Below are positions 25,561 through 37,709 of a DNA stretch of 64,000 bases, one piece after another (positions within the stretch are counted from its first letter, which is position 1; each line of letters opens with the position of its first letter). Position numbers and translations under genes: made by a program. The DNA comes from Antedon mediterranea (lineage: Eukaryota > Animalia > Echinodermata): contig NC_092672.1 of NCBI RefSeq assembly GCF_964355755.1, forward strand, positions 24,751,237 to 24,815,236, given 5' to 3'. The notes beneath the pieces were generated by a model. The model ran no database searches and had not been told where the DNA came from. It worked only from the letters and a program-made list of their open reading frames with translations.

Positions 25561-27004
25561 GTCTATCTATTTTAATAAACTGTGTCAAACATGATGTAAA
25601 GTAACTTTTTGTTTGGTTCATCTGTTGTCCCTGCCTGTTGTTTGAACTTAGACTACATTAATCTAATAACCTTTGCCTTAGTTTACTGTTTGTTTGTCAC
25701 CCTGTTATTCCCCTTAGTAATATCATATCTGATCAACTTATAGCAAATATTAAACCAGGCTTTGTTGCACTATTGTAGCATTAAATATAGTAGGTTTATT
25801 TATATACTTTTTTTAACACTCTGAAATTCACAGTACACTTTTTTTCAGTTTGTCTTCTGTCTTTATACAATTTTGTTAAAATATTATTATTAACCAAAGT
25901 ACAAAATAGTATATAATTTACTTTGTTATTATTTAAACCCAAAATTGTTGTTTTAAAAATAATATTAAATCTTTTGTCAGAATGTCTTATTAGAAGTTTT
26001 TATTTAAATCTCAACTCCGTATTTTTATTTTAAAACAAGCTAATTTATTATTATATCTGACCAATAATTGTCTTCACTATTGCTGAAGCCAGAGTAGTTA
26101 GATTGTTGTGCTTTTCTTCTCAGTGCAGTCAAAATTGTTTGTGCCGCTGCCTCCATGTTGTAACCATTATCTTAGTTTAAGAAACAATAATCTCTTAAAT
26201 GTACCCTTTTGTAAAACTAAGTATGGAAATATTCCAGTTCCTGTAATTACTAATATCATTAATAATGTTTATTTTAATGATTCATTGTATGAACCTCGTC
26301 TCATTTAATGTTGTATTAGAGTATTTTGTCTAATTCCAAGTAAAAATATATAATTGTATTTTTACAAGACCTTAATCAGTCATTATTAGGGTTTACCTGG
26401 CGTACCTTGATACACCTTGTTTGCTTTACCTAAAATGGTAATTCACGTTGGTTTGTAGTTCTAATCAACTATATGATAAAAACAAAGCAAACACTAAGTC
26501 ACGCTATGTTGTAATTTGTATAGAATCCATTGAATTGCACTGGTTATCATTATATAAATAATGATATAAAAGTGTTTGGTCTTCTGTACAACAACCACTT
26601 GCATTCAACTTCTGAAGAGGAAACGTTGCATATTTTGGATTTATTTTATTTTAGCATTACCACTGTAAGTGTATGTAGTACTTGTACATTGGATTTTATA
26701 TTTACTCTATTTCAACATCATGTTATAACATTATTTGATAGAGAAAGCATTAGTTGAAGAAATTGTTGATAGAGGAGACATTGGATTATATATTTAATCT
26801 ATTTCAACATCATATTAAAAAAAATTAATTTCTATAAAAATATGTGTACAAAATTAATGTAAAAACAAAATTTAAGACAAGAAGAAAAAAAAAACTTATA
26901 AACATGGAATCTACAGTATGTTGTTGTCTATGTTTACTAAGTATATGTATTTTAATGAAAAATGTAACTGAATGCATATTGATCTATATGTTTTATTTCA
27001 TTAG

Positions 27005-27079
27005 ATTACAGAGGAAAAAACTGCTGAAGAAATTTGCCAATTCATGGCTAGCAACAATGCTGTCAACATCCAGAACCAG
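27005..27079 (+). CDS. Ankyrin-repeat gene, internal coding exon (partial repeat)
   Basis: TTTTATTTCATTAG acceptor, then 75 bp in phase 0 (ITEEKTAEEICQFMASNNAVNIQNQ), then a CAG|GTATAC donor. The ending VNIQNQ parallels the ankyrin exon at 47955. Confidence 0.6.
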
Positions 27080-27756
27080 GTATACATCAATTTGTTTTCC
27101 TTTGTAATGAATTTGATAATACAACCTTAAATTACATGACACTAATTAAAGTGCATCAATACTAATTTGTTTTTAGTATCTGCTATAAGTGTTCTCTCGT
27201 TGCATATTTGCAGATAACATTCACACTGATTGTTAAAAGAATCATATTTTTTTTCTCAATATAATAATGTTTCATCTCTTAAGCAGTTTTAGTGTTAAAA
27301 AGTATATTGTGTGTTTATATCTTATCTTAGCTGTATGTTAGATGGTTTGTCAATATAATTTAGTACATTAGTCTTTCAGTACAATTTGCTTAGACAATTT
27401 GATTGGCTAATACCGGATTTTAATAATGGCTTGGTAACTCAATCCCCTGTAATTGTAATTAATTTGAGAATCTGAACAATGATATAATTATTCATCTGTT
27501 GGACAAATAACTAAACAAACTTTTATTAACATAGAGTAGTAGAAATATATACTTTTCATTTATTAAACTTTATCACTAAAAGAAAAATGCAAGGCACAAG
27601 GCAGCAAAAAAAAAAAGTGATGAACAGGTGGCAAGCATTTCTATCCACATGAGACCCCTTATAAATAACAAAATATAAAAACACAAACATTGGTTTCGAT
27701 TAAATAAAATAAAAATAAAAATAGCTGAAATGATTCTATTTTCAGTTTCATATACA

Positions 27757-28760
27757 TTGCTGATAGCATACACCTCAATCATCAAATTTTTTAAAGTTAA
27801 ATGGTATTATAGTCAGTATGTTTTTATAAATTGATAACGTTCAATAGAATACTCATAACACATTTCATAGCATAAACTTCTTTTGAATATTTAACTGTAT
27901 TTTAGTATTAGGCAGGTTAGATAACAGCACTAACAATTGTTGATATAAGTTTAAAACAAAAAAAAATGTACATTTAAAAAAAATAAGTTGTGAATATGAA
28001 TACACGTCTATCATCAACCTTCATCTTGATTCCTTTGCTCTTTATAATTTGATATTTCTAGATTAAAATAAATGATATATCTATGCTGAAATGAAAGGTT
28101 GTGAGGATTACCCTGTACTTTTGATAGAAGGGCTGAAATGAAAGGTTGTGAGGATTACCCGGTACTTTTGATAGAAGGGCTGAAATGAAAGGTTGTGAGG
28201 ATTACCCAGTACTTTAGATAGAAGGGCTGAAATGAAAGGTTGTGAGGATTACCCGGTACTTTTGATAGAATTAGGGCTGAAATTAAAGCAGTTTCAATTT
28301 TCATTTCTTCTTTAAAAAAATGAAAATAAAATTTGTCATATCTAATTTAAATTAAGATATTATGACAAAATATGTATTACATATACACACACATTTTATA
28401 CATATTGTTGGTGGTACTGTATATTGTTCTGTATTTTTTTAAGATCCTAGGTTGTTTAAATTTAACCAATCAGCATATCATAGTTAAAATTATTTGAGTT
28501 GCTCCTACAGCCTTGTGTTAAATGTTAGTTGAAACCATTGTTATAATTGGAAATCTTTTGGTTTAGGAACCAAATCCAAGCCTATTAAATTATTAAATTA
28601 GTAAAAGGCCACATAACAAAACAAAACTTGTTTATCGTCCTCTGCCCTCCTAGATTTTTGGCTTTCCTCTGGTGTATTTTTTTTTTGGTAAACAGTTATG
28701 AGAAAAAAATTTAATTTAATTGAAGCTTAACATTATTGTGATTATAATCAAGAAATTGCA
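27757..28760 (+). repeat. Intronic segment duplicated at ~51095-51730
   Basis: Shared colinear blocks include TGCTGATAGCATACACCTCAATCATCAAA, CAATAGAATACTCATAACA, AAAAGGCCACATAACAAA and CTGCCCTCCTAGAT. Confidence 0.85.
28085..28272 (+). repeat. 47-bp tandem repeat, 4 copies
   Basis: GCTGAAATGAAAGGTTGTGAGGATTACCCTGTACTTTTGATAGAAGG x4. Confidence 0.95.
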
Positions 28761-31222
28761 CTAACTTTTCCTATTTCTACATCCTAAACTACTTTTTTAT
28801 TTTTCTACCATCATACCTTTTATATTTTTCTCCTTTATTTATTATACGATATCAACAGCATTACACGCGTACATCGTAACGCGAGCATTTCATTCTACGC
28901 ACTTTTATCGAACATAATTTAAACCAAATCATACATACAATGATAAGACATTAACCGATTCCGTTTAAAACCAGTTTAAGGTCAACATTTAAAATTTAAA
29001 TTAATTTATGTTTCTATCCACTCTACCATTTTCATATAAAGATATTGTGGAACCACGTCAGGTCAAGTTCAATATTGAATATCGAAACGTGGCAGGCTGA
29101 AGGCGCTTGACCTTTGACAAGATCACCTAAAATTTATAAATTTAAACTTACGATACTTAGTATTATATATTTAGGAATAGCCGCTCCATAATCTCTTTGC
29201 TTTTCTTCCTTATATCTATATTTTATTTTTTTCAATTTATACTAACAAATATCTTTTTATTAATATTATAATCATGACAATAAATATTTAAAAAATACAT
29301 ATAAAATAATATTTAACGCATAATATAAAGTCTAGGATAATTAATTGATATACAAAATCATTACACCCAACTACTATCTTTATCTCCTTGTGCGGAACAT
29401 CATTTGAATAATAGAACAAGTCACACATCTACACATAATCAAACATCGTATACTCTATCCCTACTCCACATCCCTACTCTATCAGACACTATTGCAACAT
29501 GAAAATAAGTATGATGGTTTATGTGAAATAGTACAACACACACTATTATTCAGCTCTATACTAAATTGATTTTAAATAATTATAATCTTTCAGATGATTA
29601 AGTTCTACATTATCATTCATATTCATTCAAATATTGCCTATTTTTCTCTCTTTTAAAAATAGATTACTTTTTAAAGGCACATAATTTAACTCATCAGCTT
29701 TTGTATTTTTGTTATATATATATGAAAGAACAGATTTCACACAGCAGTTTGAAATGGTGGGCCCATACAAACAATTTAATTGTCCACTTCTAAAATGTAC
29801 CATAACATTTAAACAAATTGATAAAACCTAACCACTTTTAAATAAAACAGCCTAAAACATGGTAGAACACTGAAGGCCTTTTGCCACTTCTCCACCACCA
29901 GTTGCTGAGGCCGTTGTTCAAACTCTGTCACAAACCCCTTTTTCCCCTCCCTATTTGTCAAGGCTGGATCCGCCTCTGGGATTTATTAACAATTTTGTTG
30001 ATATGATCATCCCAACATACCGTAAGTCTGATGCTATTTTGACACCAAGTTTTGTTTGCGTTTTCTCAAAGATACAACCATTCAACTGATCAAAATATGT
30101 GATGATATGTTTAGAACGTGATATGGAAATAATTTGAAAATTAATTTCCCATGTTACTCCATTGAATAAGAACATCAATGTACATCTGAGGGAAATGACA
30201 GTCATCAATGTTATTGACTGACTTGTAACATTTTCCTTATATAAAATATACGTCATGAACCAATCATGGAAATGAATTTAGACACAAACTACTTGTGGTA
30301 GTTATCAACATGTTGACCATATCAGCTCAAGCTCTGTGTTGTACAGGGAATAATTTCGCCATGGTAGCATAGCAAAAAGCTATACAAAACAACCTTTTTG
30401 CTACACATTTCTACAATTGTGTAGCAAAAAATACAATACAAAACTATGTTTCTTGACTAAAAAATCAGTTTGATTAGCAATTTTGCTAAACAAAGTTTTC
30501 AAATTTTCCCTGTTGTATACACAAGGATGTCACCAGCATGTCATGAGTGGTGGTCAGCGACCCTCCCCCCCCCCCAAAAAGGGCTTCATAAAGGTAAAAA
30601 AAAATGCATTTCGTAGACAACCCTACAATGTTTTTTATGAGGTAACAAGTGTGCAAAAGTAATGAGTCAATTTTAACTGACGGAGGACCAAGTTGTAAAT
30701 TACTCTGAAGCATTTATTATTTATCGTAATCGTTTTCTTCGGGGTGTTTTTTATCTACTCGACTGACGGCGAATATATAAATAAATTGAAATTTCCCACG
30801 GTAGATACATGATGGCACCACACGGTGAACCACAATGAACTAGTAGTAGTAAATAGGCTTAGGCCAACTTCTAAAAATAAAACGTCCAGTCGAACCAGAA
30901 ACTATGCCGACAACAAAAGATCGTTAACATTCTAAATATAGTTATCGGAACGTCGATCGCGCACAGACCTAGAATTTTGTTTTTCATATTACGGTGTTCT
31001 AAAATTTTAGGTACCCCCGTAACTGAGTGTACCCCCTATTGAATTACAACAGTAATACGTTGCATGCTCCGCCTACTTTATGTTTATTCAACGAATTTTA
31101 TGCATCACTAACTCTCGCTTCTTTTCCGGGATACAGAATATTTTAGCTTATTAAAAATTTTCAGTACCCCGTGACAATGCACCCCCTACTCTACGTATTA
31201 TAAAGTTTTGTCTACGTACTCT

Positions 31223-31450
31223 CACTTGCACTGATGAAGGGGTAGTGTTTTCCAAAAGCTCTGCTAAGTGTTCAGGCTGTTTTAATTTATCGTTTTGATT
31301 TAGCTTTTTCTTTATTTTATTTTGTATCCAGAGATCCTGTCACTGAAACCCACAACAATTCAGTAATTGTCTTTGTATTATATAACTCGATCCTTGGACT
31401 ATACACTTATTATGCCTATGATTATTCATTATTATTATTTATTTATTAAT
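31223..31450 (+). mobile_element. Penelope-like pLTR remnant with minimal hammerhead ribozyme-like motif
   Basis: CACTTGCA-CTGATGA-AGGGGTAGTGTTTTCC-AAAA-GCTC-TGCTAAGTG shows stem I, the CUGAUGA core, stem II, a (G>A)AAA box and a palindromic AGCT stem III. It is followed by T-rich sequence and an (ATT)n tail. Confidence 0.5.
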
Positions 31451-31734
31451 AATGAAGTCATGGCCTGTATACGGGCCTGTATACTACGGTTATATACTGT
31501 TTATTTTTCATATGAATCAATGATTTTGATTTGAATGTTCATAACCGTTCTAAGCACCCTAGCGCTCTCCTAATTTTATCTATAATATATTTATTTAATC
31601 TCAAGTTGTTTTAGGCCCATATAACATTATGTTTAGTTGTCTTATGATTATTTTACGAAGGAAAACGGACACACGCCAATTGAACAGGAACACAAGCCCA
31701 AAACACCGGGCATTATGCACCAAAAATAAATCAC

Positions 31735-34700
31735 ATTGCACCCCCTATATTATAACAGTTAATAACTATATACTATAGGGGGTGCAATATATTATGGTCT
31801 GTCTAGAATATTAGGTACCCTGTGACAGATTGCACCCCCTGTAATATAACAGTTAATAACTATCTATTTTAGGGGTTGCAATATATTATGGGCTGTCTAG
31901 AATATGAGATACCCCCGTGACAGATTGCACCCCCTATATTATAACAGTTAATAACTATATACTATAGGGGGTGCAATATATTATGGTCTGTATAGAATAT
32001 TAGGTACCCCGTGACAGATTGCACCCCCTATAATATAACAGTTAATAACTATCTATTTTAGGGGTTGCAATATATTATGGGCTGTCTAGAATATTAGGTA
32101 ACCCGTGACAGATTGCAACCCCTGTAATATAACAGTTAATAACTATATACTATAGGGGGTGCAATATATTATGGGCTGTCTAGAATATTAGGTACCCCCG
32201 TGACAGATTGCACCCCCTATATTATAACAGTTAATAACTATATACTATAGGGGGTGCAATATATTATGGTCTGTCTAGAATATTAGGTACCCTGTGACAG
32301 ATTGCACCCCCTGTAATATAACAGTTAATAACTATCTATTTTAGGGGTTGCAATATATTATGGGCTGTCTAGAATATGAGATACCCCCGTGACAGATTGC
32401 ACCCCCTATATTATAACAGTTAATAACTATATACTATAGGGGGTGCAATATATTATGGTCTGTATAGAATATTAGGTACCCCGTGACAGATTGCACCCCC
32501 TATTATATAACAGTTAATAACTATCTATTTTAGGGGTTGCAATATATTATGGGCTGTCTAGAATATTAGGTAACCCGTGACAGATTGCAACCCCTGTAAT
32601 ATAACAGTTAATAACTATATACTATAGGGGGTGCAATATATTATGGGCTGTCTAGAATATTAGGTACCCCGTGACAGATTGCACCCCCTGTAATATAACA
32701 GTTTATAACTATATATTATTTTTATAGGGGGTGCCATATATTACGGACTGTCTAGAATATTAGGTACCCCCGTGACAGATTGCACCCCCTGTATTATAAT
32801 AGTTAATAACTATATACTATAGGGGGTACAATATATTATGGGCTGTCTAGAATATTAGGTACCCCGTGACAGATTGCACCCCCTATATTATAACAGTTAA
32901 TAACTATATATTATAGGGGTGCAATATATTATGGGCTGTCTAGAATATTAGGTACCCCCGTGAGAGATTGCACCCCCTATATTATAACAGTTAATAACTA
33001 TATACTATAGGGGGTACAATATATTATGGGCTGTCTAGAATATTAGGTACCCCCGTGACAGATTTCACCCCCTGTAATATAACAGTTAATAACTATATAC
33101 TATAGGGGGTGCAATATATTATGGGCTGTCTAGAATATTAGGTACCCCCGTGACAGATTGCACCCCCTATATTATAACAGTTAATAACTATATATTATAG
33201 GGGGTGCAATATATTATGGGCTGTCTAGAATATTAGGTACCCCCGTGACAGATTGCACCCCCTATATTATAACAGTTAATAACTATATATTATAACCCCT
33301 GTAATATAACAGTTAATAACTATATACTATAGGGGGTGCAATATATTATGGGCTGTCTAGAATATTAGGTACCCCCGTGACAGATTGCACCCCCTATATT
33401 ATAACAGTTAATAACTATATATTATAGGGGGTGCAATATATTATGGGCTGTCTAGAATATTAGGTACCCCCGTGACAGATTGCACCCCCTATATTATAAC
33501 AGTTAATAACTATATATTATAGGGGGTGCAATATATTATGGGCTGTCTAGAATATTAGGTACCCCCGTGACAGATTGCACCCCCTATATTATAACAGTTA
33601 ATAACTATATATTATAGGGGGTGCAATATATTATGGGCTGTCTAGAATATTAGGTACCCCGTGACAGATTGCACCCCCTATATTATAACAGTTAATAACT
33701 ATATACTATAGGGGATGCAATATATTACGGACTGTCTAGAATATTAGGTACCCCGTGACAGATTGCACCCCCTATAATATAATATACAAATAATGAATGT
33801 TTATGAGTGCAATGGTACAAATAATGGCACGAGGTGAATGATGAAAGGTTATATCAACGAGGCAAAGCCGAGTTGATATAACCTTTCATCATTCACCAAG
33901 TGCCATTATTTGTACCATTACACGAATACAAAACATTCATTATTTGTTTTATATAACATCTAGACGTTTTTTTTCGTACACAAAAATGTTTCAAAAAGTA
34001 CTATTTAACGATCGTTGAATAGTGCGTACTATTGCACGCCATGTGACCCACATTCGTCCAATCAAATGACAGGAATTTATATAGGTGTTATATAACAGTT
34101 AATAACTATATACTATAGGGGGTGCAATATATTACGGACTGTCTAGAATATTAGGTACCCCGTGACAGATTGCACCCCCTATATTATAACAGTTAATAAC
34201 TATATACTATAGGGGGTGCAATATATTATGGGCTGTCTAGAATATTAGGTACCCCGTGACAGATTGCACCCCCTGTAATATAACAGTTAATAACTATATA
34301 TTATAGGGGGTGCAATATATTACGGACTGTCTAGAATATTAGGTACCTCCGTGACAGATTGCGGCACCCCCTATATTATAACAGTTAATAACTATAAATT
34401 ATAGGGGGTGCAATATATTATGGGCTGTCTAGAATATTAGGTACCCCGTGACAGATTGCACCCCCTATATTATAACAGTTAATAACTATATACTATAGGG
34501 GATGCAATATATTACGGACTGTCTAGAATATTAGGTACCCCGTGACAGATTGCACCCCCTATAATATAACAGTTAATAACTATATACTATAGGGGGTGCA
34601 ATATATTACGGACTGTCTAGAATATTAGGTACCCCGTGACAGATTGCACCCCCTATATTATAACAGTTAATAACTATATACTATAGGGGGTGCAATATAT

Positions 34701-35632
34701 TACGGACTGTCTAGAATATTAGGTACCCCGTGACAGATTGCACCCCCAATAATAACAGTTAATAACTATATACTATAGGGGGTGCAATATATTATGGGCT
34801 GTCTAGAATATTAGGTACCCCGTAACAGATTGCACCCCCTGTAATATAACAGTTAATAACTATATATTATAGGGGGTGCAATATATTACGGACTGTCTAG
34901 AATATTAGGTACCCCCGTGACAGATTGCACCCCCTATATTATAACAGTTAATAACTATATATTATAGGGGGTGCAATATATTATGGGCTGTCTAGAATAT
35001 TAGGTACCCCCGTGACAGATTGCACCCCCTATATTATAACAGTTAATAACTATATATTATAGGGGGTGCAATATATTATGGGCTGTCTAGAATATTAGGT
35101 ACCCCGTGACAGATTGCACCCCCTATATTATAACAGTTAATAACTATATACTATAGGGGATGCAATATATTACGGACTGTCTAGAATATTAGGTACCCCG
35201 TGACAGATTGCACCCCCTATAATATAACAGTTAATAACTATATACTATAGGGGGTGCAATATATTACGGACTGTCTAGAATATTAGGTACCCCGTGACAG
35301 ATTGCACCCCCTATATTATAACAGTTAATAACTATATACTATAGAGGGTGCAATATATTACGGACTGTCTAGAATATTAGGTACCCCGTGACAGATTGCA
35401 CCCCCTATAATATAACAGTTAATAATAACTATATACTATAGGGGGTGCAATATATTATGGGCTGTCTAGAATATTAGGTGCCCCGTGACAAATTGCACCC
35501 CCTGTAATATAACAGTTAATAACTATATATTATAGGGGGTGCAATATATTACGGACTGTCTAGAATATTAGGTACCCCGTGACAGATTGCACCCCCTATA
35601 TTATAACAGTTAATAATAACTATATATTTTAG
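31735..35632 (+). repeat. 94-95-bp satellite array, left arm (about 38 copies)
   Basis: Unit GTGACAGATTGCACCCCCTATATTATAACAGTTAATAACTATATACTATAGGGGGTGCAATATATTATGGGCTGTCTAGAATATTAGGTACCCC. The copy number is estimated from length after removing the 313-bp insert. Confidence 0.97.
33783..34095. mobile_element. 313-bp hairpin-type insertion (Crypton-like non-autonomous element)
   Basis: It interrupts a satellite unit with ATATAA duplicated (33777-33782 and 34090-34095). It contains a ~160-bp palindrome (33786-33947) centred on CAACGAGGC-AAA-GCCGAGTTG and has no conventional TIR pair. Confidence 0.65.
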
Positions 35633-37709
35633 GCGATACAATACAATACAATTTTGTTGTTTATTAATTTCATACATGCATTTCAAATTCATAAATGTCC
35701 CGCCCGCGACGTTTTAGGTGGTTTTTTTATATTTATTTAAAAAGTAATGATGCAAAAATCTTGATATTTCATTTTCTCCTGCTGAGGACTATATATCTCA
35801 TTAGATTATGAACACAATTTTTGAAAATTTTACATTTTGATGAAAATATCATATTTCAAAAATATATTGTTTATGGACATATGATTTAAATCCTAATTAT
35901 TTCACAAACCATGAATGTTTTAAACATTTTTTGACAGATATAGTTACACTATGACCCTATATTGTACATAGTCAAGCATTTTATAACACATATTTTGTTT
36001 ATTAAATTTTATATATACATTTCAAAATTCATAATTGTCCCATCCACGACATTTTAATAGTAGTTTTATGGTGTTTTTTACATTTCAGTTAACGTATTGA
36101 TACCACAATTTAATATTTTGTTTTTTCCTTTTAAAAACTATATGCAGTACATTATAAACAAATATTTTGAAACTTTTGTTGAACATATCGTATTTCAAAA
36201 ATATATTGATGACATTTTTTGTAGGAACGGGACAGACATTTTTGTTAAGGACAGGACATATCATTTAAATCCTTTTCATTTAATAAAACCATGCATCTTG
36301 TTAACATTTTCCCCATAAATATACTGTAGTTAACTTTTTATTTCACAGTAAGCTCCAATTGTTCATAATCAAGTACAGTATTTTATTATTGTTTATTAAT
36401 TTCATACTTGCATTTCAAAATTCATAATTGTTACTTCTGAGACATTTCGATTGAGGTTTTTTCCTCACTTGTGTTTATTGAAGTAATGGCTCCAAAATTG
36501 TTATTTAATTCTTAATTTTCAATTGCAATAGATTTAAACAAGTTTTTTTTAATATAAAAAACATTACTATCAAAATTTAGTGAATGTTACGGATGGGAAA
36601 TTTTTGTTAGGGATGGGATGGCATTATTTTAAGAATTAAAATGTGTTTTTGTACTGTAGGCTGGACAGTACTGTACAAAGGTGTTAACTGCTGTTTATTA
36701 ATCACAAAACATTGTGGTCTGTATTTAAAAAAACAATCCACAAAAGAACAATACCGAAATCCAAAACAACATGACAAGTATGAAAGGGAGTATTGGGTGT
36801 GGTCATCACTTTGTAGATTTTGTGAATTTGCAACCAAGAATCTTTAAATATCAGATACTAAATAATTAAGATTGAAGTTTAATAGAAGTACAGTAGGCCT
36901 ACAGTAACATTAAATCCAAGCAAGGATGCAACTTGGATCCACTTTCTAACAAATTCAGACGTCAAATGCCAACGACAATTTTTAAAGATTCTCCTTAAAT
37001 GTGTTAATAGCTTGAAGTCTTGTGTAATATGCCAAGCATAACTTTTAAATTAGTGTAAATATTATTTTGATAGCATTTAACAGTATTGCTTCTCTTTATA
37101 ACTCTTCGAATAATTAATTTTATAAATAAATATTTCATATTTATGAATTTTAATATTTTCACTTGACATAAACTTTTATACAGTGTTTCAAAGGTTGAAT
37201 TATATTTTGATTTGTAAATAAAGGAGTAAATTGATGTAAAAAACCTCAGAAAAAACTAATTATAAATTTTGTTTAACCTGGACAAAAGTGTCCTGTCCGC
37301 GACGTTAGAAATGTCCCGTCCGTAACGACATATAAATCATATTTATTAATAAATTTGCAGTTAAAATTTTATAATTAACAGTCAGTCATCTAAAACAACT
37401 ATCTGGCAACATAATAATACAAAACAAATTTTAAAATCTCTTTTAAATGAGGAGAAATATTACAATACGTAAACCTTCTTAAAACTCATTTCCAATTTGC
37501 CGTCATCCGCGACGCATACAATTTTCATAATAAAAATATTTTTGTACAGTTTTTTTTTCTTTTTTTTTGACTTCATAATTAACATTGGCCACATATGTAT
37601 ACATTTATTCTACTTTGAATCTTGTATTGTTGTTAATTTAAAGATAATGTCACAACAACTAGTTATATTCTCAATTCCCTAATATATAGTTATTAACTGT
37701 TATATTATA

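Noticed and set aside
26108-26308. Possible LINE C-terminal remnant (LFVPLPP...LRNNNLLNVPFCKTK)
   Set aside because: It is short and only weakly similar, so it was left unannotated.
26612-26630. CTGAAGAG-GAAACGTT hammerhead-like core
   Set aside because: Stem II is absent and there is no convincing stem I. It may be chance or a badly deleted remnant.
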